From Setoptus koraiensis (Eukaryota > Animalia > Arthropoda), in the NCBI GenBank assembly GCA_048013815.1, contig CM106585.1, forward strand, positions 16,368,001-16,432,000: a stretch of DNA of 64,000 bases, read 5' to 3'. Positions 38,895 through 48,942 of the stretch are shown here, in pieces (the first letter of the stretch is position 1; every line of letters starts with the position of its first letter). The notes under the pieces were generated by a model. It saw only the letters and a program-made list of their open reading frames with translations. It was not told the DNA's origin and ran no database searches. The translations under genes and the position numbers were made by a program.

Positions 38895-40163
38895 TTGAAT
38901 TGTTGCGGGGATGAAGTTGGAGTGGATGGACAGTCTCGCCTTAACGTGGAGGACAGTGTGTCGTCACTATACAATGATCATTGGCTGCCCGAGTGTCAAC
39001 AACAAATATCCTCGGTACGCTGGAAACGAGAATCTTGCCAAGGAAAACATTTTCTCACAGCGAGACTGGATCGCCACACGCTAGACAGGACATTCGCAAG
39101 AAAAATCCATCACTCCAACAGGATGCAAATGATTGAATACGACAGCAGCGGTAAAAAGTTGTGGTCGGCCGAGGGAGTGCCCATCTTGCGTCTCATCAAC
39201 AGCAAGCGATTTTTGTATTTGAAATTCGAGATGGATAACGAGCAAGAATTGAAACGCGGCCACCCAAAGTCGGGCAATTATTCTGTCATCAACAAGAGTC
39301 TACAGCTATTCTATCAGCAGTCGATGGAGAGGCTGAAAGGAAACATCAGGCGCATCGCAGGCGATACACTATTGCGCGAAATTATCCAAACAAGTTGTGG
39401 AGAGGGAAAAAATGTGTGCCACTTGGATTTTAACACGCTGAGATCGGATGACACAGGTATATGGGTCATCGAGGAGGCCTTACAATCGGCAATATGTAAT
39501 AGAGTTACCATATTGGTGAGTGAGCCGGGCCAAGAGGCCATCGGCATACTTGACATCGTGTCATTGGCTCACTTGCACAAGACAATATCAGAAAGTGATC
39601 AGACACCTTCTACCGGTAATTCAAAAGTGTTGATATGTGCCGGCAGTGCTGGCTCGCTCGAGGCCATAGCAGAGAAACTCCATGAATTAGCTGATTTGAA
39701 GGTCAAGATCTTCAGCTCGGCTGACTGTCAGTCGCAGCAATCATCTTTTTCTTATTTTGACGATCTCAATGATGAAGATATTGTCGATGATGAAGATGAT
39801 GATTACTACGAGAACGTCAATGTCGACAATTCAAGAATTGATACCAGAGATCTAAAAGTGGAATCGGATTTGGGCATGCCTGCTGCACGAAGCATTTTCT
39901 TCGAAAACTCCATAGATGATGTTGATTGTAACGTTATTTTATGCACTTTTCACGATGCACTCAAACTGTCATCGTGGACCGAGTTTTTAGTTCATTCTTT
40001 GATACTGTACAGATGTAACGAGTTCAGTATGTCCGATGTGCATCTATTATTCCATTTTCTACCCAAACGTATCACAATTATGTCAGACGGTAGCGAGGTG
40101 GACGTTGTGTTCAATAGTTTCAAAAGTATGGGCTTCAAGCCGAAGAGAATAAATGATAAATAA
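38895..40163 (+). CDS. X1: stand-alone degenerate UPF1-like helicase module (stalk-1B-RecA1) with acidic insert; start uncertain (TTG 38895, first ATG 39123)
   Basis: Uninterrupted 422-codon frame, paralogous to the C-half of Y1/Y2. [33 protein letters not shown] and KRITIMSD align with UPF1 motifs Ia, Ib and III. Confidence 0.6.
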   Translation: [422 protein letters not shown]

Positions 40164-40626
40164 ATGATCGTACACCTAGCAACTGACCTGTTGACTGCTA
40201 GCGTTAGCGTTGCGGTTCGAAGTCCAACCTTGTCTCAATTCCAATCTATCTTGCCTTTCTTTTCTTTGCACGCTCACCTGCTCTAAGCACGGGTCACGTC
40301 GCATTAACGGAACTGTCAACTGGAGAAGTGCTGTAGCGAAAGTGTTGTGAGTTGGTCAGCATTGTCTGTTTGCACGGACGATGGCGCTTGTTTGTCCAGA
40401 ATACCCGCTCTCCGCTTGTCTGCATCACACTGTCCATCTCCTTTATGACCAGCTATGATAAAATCCTCGATTCACCGTCTCTATCATCATCAACATACAT
40501 CAAGTGAACATCAGCGATCTCGGCCAGATTTTTCTGCAACTTCGTGCAAATTCTTGTATCAATTTTATTTCCATACTAGCTATTTTACGGCAGTTCCAAC
40601 AGTGCCTTACTATATATTCACAAGCA

Positions 40627-42594
40627 ATGCCAATCAAGTCTTCGGTCGACCAGCACAATAATGAAGGATCTCTCTGGCGCCTGGATATGCTGCCCCCTGA
40701 GCTGTTGCTCATTATCATCGAAAATTTAAACGATTTACTCGATCGACATAATTTGGCCCAAGTGTCTACGAGATTCAGCAAGCTTATTGATAACGAAAAT
40801 CTAGAGGAGGGCACACTCAGTAGCGATATTTCGGATTCGCCAGATTGTCAAGTGTTGGAGCCAATTGTTCGCAAGCTGCCCAAGCTAAAACGACTCACCC
40901 TTCATTCAGGATGCTATGCGATCAGAAGATTCATGCCAGACTCATATTTCAGTTCGTCTGACAACTGCAGCCTACTAACAGCGCTCAATTTTCATGGAAT
41001 ATCCTTTGAACCCGATGAACTGACAATGATTGTGACTAATTGTCATCAATTGACGACGCTCAAACTGGATCATGTCATGCTTGGGGACGCTGGCGAACTG
41101 AGAAGATTGGTGGACCGGGTTAATGGAGGGTTGTTGCATCTCATCGTGATTTGGGTTATAACCTCTCACATTCGCAATCCTTGGGCTCGTAATCCCCCCA
41201 GGCCTGTGTTGCGTTCGATCGATATCAGAAGGAACCATTATTATGACGGGTACGAGGGCGAGATGAATGCCGTTCTCACCTCATTTCGTAATTTGGAGAG
41301 TCTATCGGTTACAATAAGAGCGTCGAGAGATTTAGACGAGTTGGTTAGAATCTTGAACCGTTTGAGAACGCCGTTGCGCACCCTCGTTCTCGATCAATAC
41401 TACGGCCCATTGCCAAATATTGACGTGCCAACAATTATCAGCGGCGAACAAGCTGAATTGCATTATAAAGAAAGCACTGCTCATTACATACCTGCAGGAA
41501 TTACCAGCCCAAAAGCGATACGTGATTTGGAGGGTCGTGTGTCGCAAATCTACACAGATTATTTCCTGCCAGAGTGTCAACAACAAATATCGACCGTTCG
41601 ATGGGGCCGAGAATCTTTGCAATGGAACGCCAGGAGACATTTTCTCCTGGCGTTCCCGTGTAGTGGGACACTGGACGAGTCATTCGTAAAAATGAATGGT
41701 CAGTCCAACTCATCCGTTTTGCGAATGACCGAATACGACTGCGTGAGTGGTGAAGAGTTGTGGTCAAACAGTGCATTTCTATGTCCAAGACTCATCAACG
41801 GCGAGGAAATTTTACATTTGTCCATCGAGATGAGTGAAGAAGAATGTAAACGCGACCGATCAGAATCAGGCAATTTCTGGTTGGTCAATGAAGATGACCT
41901 GTCCTATTACTATAACGTGGGTTGCGAGAATCTAAAACGAAAGATTAGACGAATTTCGGGCGATGAGCTGTTGCGTGAAATTATCGAGAAAAGTTGTGGA
42001 GACGTGCAACTCGTGGGTAACTTGGTTTCTAAAAACAAGCTGAAACAACGAGAGTACGCCAATATACACACAGAGAATGAGGCCATCAAATCGGCACTAT
42101 CCAATCGGGTCACTCTCATGGTGAGTGCGCCAGGACAAGAGGCGAACAGGATAAAATCTATTGTGTCATTGGCTATTCATTTGCACAACACAATATCATA
42201 TCGGAATTATCCGAAAATGATGATATGTGCTGGTAGTGATCGTTCACTTGAGGCAATCGCAGAGAAAATCCACCAGTTGAGCGAATTGAAGATATACAGG
42301 TACAAGTCTGCGTACATAGATTATAAGGATAGTAGCGTGATTTTATGCACTTTTCCAGATGCACTGAGATCATCATCATGGTTTGGGCTTTCAATTGATT
42401 CATTATTACTATACGAATGTAACGAGTTCAGCATGTCTGATGTTCATCTGCTGTTCCATTTATTGCCCAGACGAACAGTACTGGTGTCTGACACCAGTGA
42501 GGGAGGCACTGTATTCACCAATTTCAAGAAAATGGGCTTCGAGCCAATAATGATGAATGATAAATGTTATAGCAGCGAAGAAAATAAAGAATAA
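40627..42594 (+). CDS. Y1: F-box + LRR + degenerate UPF1-like helicase fusion, 655 aa
   Basis: F-box [16 protein letters not shown]...[8 protein letters not shown]; LRR segments [27 protein letters not shown]; C-half aligns with UPF1 stalk/1B/RecA1. First ATG 40627. Confidence 0.85.
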   Translation: [655 protein letters not shown]

Positions 42595-42830
42595 TAAAAA
42601 ACCATCTAGTTGGAAAGCTGTTCGTGCGAATTAGGTAACACCCAACGACTAATCGACCGAAAATGTGGTTAAAGTTTTGATTTTATCAGAATTGATGAAG
42701 ATTTTTACATTATTGTGACAGACAGAGATGGCAGTTAATGTAAATTGTTGATCACATGCACATTCTCAAAATTACCATTAGAAATATACTGATTAGTGGA
42801 GTAAATTTTGTTGATGCTTCTCATGTCGTT

Positions 42831-43469
42831 CTAGACGTGTTTGTACTTGCTAAATATCATGTATAATACTCGTAAAGTTGACTTGAGATCGGCGTTTACA
42901 ATATCCTCAGCGCGTACTTTTTGTTTTAGGTCTACGTCCGCATCTTCCATTAGCTTGAAGGCCACATTAACATTATGTAGTTTGTGTATTGGTGACGTAT
43001 TGACATAATTTTCATGTTGAAGAGCTGTTTGGACGCCGTTGGGTGCCATATCAGCGATGGGGTCCGTAGGTTGTGTAAAAATATTGCCCAGTGGTACAAA
43101 ATAGTTCTCTAAACTTGCCATAAGAAATATCAATAGAAGGCCATGGCTAAATTGTTGGGGATCCAAATCGCCTCCGGTGTGAACAGAAAAGCATTCAATA
43201 TTGATCTTGTTAAGATGTCTGTTAACGAAATTGCATAGTGACCTTTTAACTGCGGCCAATTTATCTGGCGCATGATCGAATAGGGTGTCAAATGCGTCAC
43301 GTGGCTCAGTTTTTAAACCCAATTCATTGTAAGTTTCTGTCAGTTTTTCCTCTATGCTTCTTGTTATGATTTTGCCCCCTTGTTTTGACACGAAATTAAC
43401 TCTCGCCGAAACATCCGAGGGCAAACGAATTGGTGCTCTAAAATGTCGTATCATAGTGACTAATAACAT
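42831..43469 (-). pseudogene. Parvin copy P2: 5'-deleted, C-terminal (CH2) 212 aa with a junction-created ATG
   Basis: Near-identical to 47180-47815. The 941 bp equivalent to 47816-48756 is replaced by the 3 nt CAT. Confidence 0.85.
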
Positions 43470-44503
43470 TGGATGGACAGTCTCGCCTTAACGTGGAGGA
43501 CAGTGTGTCGTCACTATACAATGATCATTGGCTGCCCGAGTGTCAACAACAAATATCCTCGGTACGCTGGAAACGAGAATCTTGCCAAGGAAAACATTTT
43601 CTCACAGCGAGACTGGATCGACACACGCTAGACAGGACATTCACAAGAAAAATCCATCACTCCAACAGGATGCAAATGATTGAATACGACAGCAGCGGTA
43701 AAAATACGTGGTCGGCCGAGGGAGTGCCCATGTTGCGTCTCATCAACAGCAAGCGATTTTTGTATTTGAAATTCGAGATGGATAACGAGCAAGAATTGAA
43801 ACGCGGCCACCCAAAGTCGGGCAATTATTCTGTCATCAACAAGAGTCTACAGCTATTCTATCAGCAGTCGATGGAGAGGATGAAAGGAAACATCAGGCGC
43901 ATCGCAGGCGATACACTATTGCGCGAAATTATCCAAACAAGTTGTGGAGAGGGAAAAAATGTGTGCCACTTGGATTTTAACACGCTGAGATCGGACGACA
44001 CAGGCATATGGGTCATAGAGGAGGCCTTGAAATCGGCAATATGTAATAGAGTCACCATGTTGGTGAGTGAGCCGGGCCAAGAGGCCATCGGCATACTTGA
44101 CATCGTGTCATTGGCTCACTTGCACAAGACAATATCAGAAAGTGATCGGACACCTTCTACCGGTAATTCAAGTGTTGATATGTGCCGGCAGTGCGGATTC
44201 GCTCGAGGCCATAGCAGAGAAACTCCATGAATTAGCTGATTTGAAGGTCAAGATCTTCAGCTCGGCTGACTGTCAGTCGCAGCATCTTTTTCTTATTTTG
44301 ACGATCTCAATGATGAAGATGATGATTACTACGAGAACGTCAATGTCGACAATTCAAGAATTGATACCAGAGATCCAAAAGTGGAATCGGATTTGGTACT
44401 ACCCAAACGTATCACAATTATGTCAGACGGTAGCGAGGTGGACGTTGTGTTCAATAGTTTCAAAAATATGGGCTTCAAGCCGAAGAGAATAAATGATAAA
44501 TAA
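43470..44503 (+). pseudogene. X2: frameshifted and deleted copy of X1
   Basis: 2-nt deletion near 44170, 4-nt deletion near 44283, 18-nt deletion and ~185-nt deletion relative to X1. Confidence 0.9.
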
Positions 44504-44972
44504 ATGATCGTACACCCAGCAACTGACCTGTTGAGTGCTAGCGTTAGCGTTGCGGTTCGTAGTCGAACCTTGTCTCAATTTCCACCGATCTTACCTTTCT
44601 TTTCTTTGCACGCTCACCTGCTCTAAGCACGGGTCACGCCGCATTAACGGGACTGTCAACTGGAGAAGTGCTGTAGCGAAAGTGTTGTGAGTTGGTCAGC
44701 ATTGTCTGTTTGCACGGACAATGGCGCTTGTTTGTCCAGAATACCCGCTCTCCGCTTGTCTGCATCACACTGTCCATCTCCTTTATGACCAGCTATGATA
44801 AAATCCCTCGATTCACCGTCTCTATCATCATCAACATACATCAAGTGAACATCAGCGATCTCGGCCAGATTTTTCTGCAACTTCGTGCAAACTCTTGTAT
44901 CAATTTTATCATTTCCATACTAGCTATTTTACGGCAGTTCCAATAGTGCCTATTACTATATATTCGCAAGCA

Positions 44973-46943
44973 ATGTCAACCAACACTTCGGTCGACCAGC
45001 ACAATAATGAAGGATCTCTCCGGCGCCTGGAAATGCTGCCGACAGAGCTGTTGCTCATTATCATCGATAATTTGGACGATTTACTCGATCGAACTCGCCT
45101 GGCCAAAGTGTCGGCGAGATTCAACGAGCTCATAAACCATGCCAACAGATTTTTAGGCAAAGGGGGCGTATTCAGTAGCGATATTTCGGACTCGCCATAT
45201 TGTCAAGTGTTGGAGCCATTTCTTCGCAAGCTGCCCAAGCTAAAACGACTCACCCTTCATTCAGGATGCTATGCGATCAGAAGATTCATGCCAGGCTCAT
45301 ATTTCAGTTTGTCTGACAACTGCAGCCTACTAACAGCGCTCAATTTTCATGGAATATCCTTTGCACCCTATGAACTGACCATGATTGTGACCAATTGTCA
45401 TCAATTGACGACGCTCAAGCTGGATCATGTCATGCTTGAGGACCCTGACGAACTGAGTAGATCGGTGCGCCTGGTTCATGTAAGGTTATTGCATCTCAGC
45501 GTGATTGGGGTGATAACCACTCACATTCGCAATCCTTGGGCTCGTAATCCCCCTGTGTTGCGTTCGCTCGATATCAGAAGGATACATTATTATAGCGAGG
45601 AAGAGTACGAGGAAGAGATGAATGCCGTTCTCACCTCATTTCGTAATTTGGAGAGTCTATCGGTTACAATAAGAGCGTCGAGAGATTTAGACGAGCTGGT
45701 TAGACTCTTAAACCTTTTGAGAACGCCGTTGCGCACCCTCGTTCTCGATCAATACTACGGCCCATTGCCAAATATTGACGTGCCAACAATTATCAGCGGC
45801 GAACAAGCTGAATTGCATTATAAAGAAAGCACTGCTCATTACATACCTGCAGGAATTACCAGCCCAAAAGCGATACGTGATTTGGAGGATCGTGTGTCGC
45901 AAATTTACACAGATTATCTGCTGCCAGAGTGTCAACAACAAATATTGACCGTACGATGGGGCCGAGAATCTTGGTATTCCAGACATTTTCTCCTGGCGTT
46001 CCCGTGTAGTGGGACACTGGACAAGTCATTCATAAGGATGAATGGTCATTCCGACTCATCCGAATTGCGAATGACCGAATACGACTGCGTGAGTGGTGAA
46101 GAGTTGTGGTCAAACAGTGCATATCTCGATTCACGCCTCATCAACAGCGAGGAAATTTTACATGTGACCATCCATGAGATGAGTGAAGAAGAATGTAAAC
46201 GCGACCGATCAGAATCAGGCAATTTCTGGTTGGTCAATGAAGATGACCTGTACCATCACCATAACGTGGGTTGCGAGAATCTAAAACGAAAGATTAGACG
46301 AATTTCAGGCGATGGGTTGTTGCGTGAAATTATCGAAAAAAGTTGTAGAGACGTACAAGTCGTGAGTAACTTGGCATCTAAAAACACGCTGATGCAACGT
46401 GAGTACGCCAATGTACACACAGTGAATGAGGCCATCAAATCAGCACTATCCAATCGGGTCACTCTCATGGTGAGTGCGCCAGGACAAGAAGCGAACAGGA
46501 TAAAATATATTGTGTCATTGGCTATTCATTTGCACAACACAATATCATATCGGGATTATTCGAAAATGATGATATGTGCTAGTAGTGATCGTTCGCTTGA
46601 GGCAATCGAAGAGAAATTCGACCTGCTGAGCGAATTGAAGATATTCAGGTACGATTCTGGGTACGGTGATATTGGAGGTTGTAACGTGATTTTATGCACT
46701 TTTCCAGATGCACTGAGATTATCATCATGGTTTAGGCCTTCAATTGATTCATTATTACTATACGAATGTAACGAGTTCAGCATGTCTGATGTTCATCTGC
46801 TGTTCCATTTATTGCCCAGACGAACAGTACTGGTGTCTGACACCAGTGAGGGAGGCACTGTATTCACCAATTTCAAGAAAATGGGCTTCGAGCCACTAAT
46901 GATGAATGATAAATGTTATAGCAGCGAAGAAAATAAAGAATAA
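44973..46943 (+). CDS. Y2: F-box + LRR + degenerate UPF1-like helicase fusion, 656 aa
   Basis: Intact paralog of Y1 (about 83% aa identity by hand count); all indels are in frame. Confidence 0.85.
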   Translation: [656 protein letters not shown]

Positions 46944-47179
46944 TAAAAAACCATCTAGTTGGAAAGCTGTTCGTGCGAATTAGGTAACACCCAACGACTA
47001 ATTGACCGAAAATGTGGTTAAAGTTTTGATTTTATCAGAATTGATGAAGATTTTTACATTATTGTGACAGACAGAGATGGCAGTTAATGTAAATTGTTGA
47101 TCACATGCACATTCTCAAAATTACCATTAGAAATATACTGATTAGTGGAGTAAATTTTGTTGATGCTTCTCATGTCGTT

Positions 47180-48619
47180 CTAGACGTGTTTGTACTTGCT
47201 AAATATCATGTATAATACTCGTAAAGTTGACTTGAGATCGGCGTTTACAATATCCTCAGCGCGTACTTTTTGTTTTAGGTCTACGTCCGCATCTTCCATT
47301 AGCTTGAAGGCCACATTAACATTATGTAGTTTGTGTATTGGTGACGTATTGACATAATTTTCATGTTGAAGAGCTGTTTGGACGCCGTTGGGTGCCATAT
47401 CAGCGATGGGGTCCGTAGGTTGTGTAAAAATATTGCCCAGTGGTACAAAATAGTTCTCTAAACTTGCCATAAGAAATATCAATAGAAGGCCATGGCTAAA
47501 TTGTTGGGGATCCAAATCGCCTCCGGTGTGAACAGAAAAGCATTCAATATTGATCTTGTTAAGATGTCTGTTAACGAAATTGCATAGTGACCTTTTAACT
47601 GCGGCCAATTTATCTGGCGCATGATCGAATAGGGTGTCAAATGCGTCACGTGGCTCAGTTTTTAAACCCAATTCATTGTAAGTTTCTGTCAGTTTTTCCT
47701 CTATGCTTCTTGTTATGATTTTGCCCCCTTGTTTTGACACGAAATTAACTCTCGCCGAAACATCCGAGGGCAAACGAATTGGTGCTCTAAAATGTCGTAT
47801 CATCGTGACTAATAAGTGAATGATCTGAACTGAGTTTCTACTGTGAATACCCTCTACTGTCCATTTTATTACAGCCCACTTGGCGTTCAGGTTCAATATT
47901 CTATTGATAGTCTCGAGGACTTGTCGCAATTTACGTCTTTGAGCATCTTCGTTCTGAGTCACTTCAACCACGTCTAATTTTGATCCGCTATTGGGAGAGA
48001 TACAACGAAAATCCGTTATTCAAATGATAGAGACATTTCGATAATTTTTCGTCTGATAATTCAACCCACCGAAAGCGTCATGCACTTACCTCAGTTTTTC
48101 AACTAGTTTACCCAAAACTTGACCATCATAAAGATCTTGCTCTAGATTTTTCACGATGATCCGCTGATCGTTTAATTCATCATTAATCCAATTGACCAAT
48201 GTAGTGACCAAATGGTTAAATTGTGGCGAATCTCTTGACGACTGATCAATCACCGCCCTGCTCTCGTTCTCGCCAAGCCCGTAATCGCCGCCGGCATCTA
48301 TTATTCTGGGAACGATATTTCCATCTATGGCCTCTTTTCCTTCTTGTTCGACTTGTTCCACTGTCAGCTCAGCAACTGTATTATCGTCATGTAGCATTCG
48401 AGCAGAAAATTTGCACGATATTGAATGACATCGTTAATCACGATACTTGTTTTATAGTTTTTTGAGCAACTAAATTATCAGCCTATCTAGCGAGGTTCTA
48501 TGGGACACAAAAATAGAGAGATAACAGTTGGAGATATGTTGCTTACCTTCGCGTTGCTTCTTCTTGCGACCCAATGTGCCAATGTAATCCAAGAATCCCC
48601 CAGATTCTTGTTTGTTCAT
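47180..48619 (-). CDS. parvin: Parvin (two CH domains), complete copy P3: complement(join(47180..47987,48090..48360,48547..48619)), 383 aa
   Basis: TLGRKKK, LVNWINDEL..RIIVKNLEQDLYDGQVL, RDAFDTLFDHAPDKL and EDIVNADLKSTLRVLY. GTAAG..AG introns are in phase; an alternative acceptor at 48376 is possible. Confidence 0.93.
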
Positions 48620-48756
48620 ATCTAAGCGCGGGTGCGACAACGATACAGGCGGCCCATGATGAGGTAGATTCTGTTGTTGTTGCTGTCTTTGAAACTCTTT
48701 ACTATTGTATTGATACTGGCTAAGGTTATTGAATTGTTGCGGGGATGAACTTGGAG

Positions 48757-48907
48757 TGGATGGACAGTCTCGCCTTAACGTGGAGGACAGTGTGTCGTCA
48801 CTATACAATGATCATTGGCTGCCCGAGTGTCAACAACAAATATCCTCGGTACGCTGGAAACGAGAATCTTGCCAAGGAAAACATTTTGTCACAGCGAGAC
48901 TGGATCG
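48757..48907 (+). pseudogene. X3: 5' fragment of X
   Basis: Matches X1/X2 starts, then breaks off at ACTGGATCG. Confidence 0.9.
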
Positions 48908-48942
48908 GCCTATTCACATTATTGTGACAGATAGAGATGGGA

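Noticed and set aside
40627-46943. Y genes as FBH1/FBXO18 orthologs
   Set aside because: FBH1 has an intact UvrD-type helicase and no LRRs. Y has LRRs and a truncated, motif-dead UPF1-type module.
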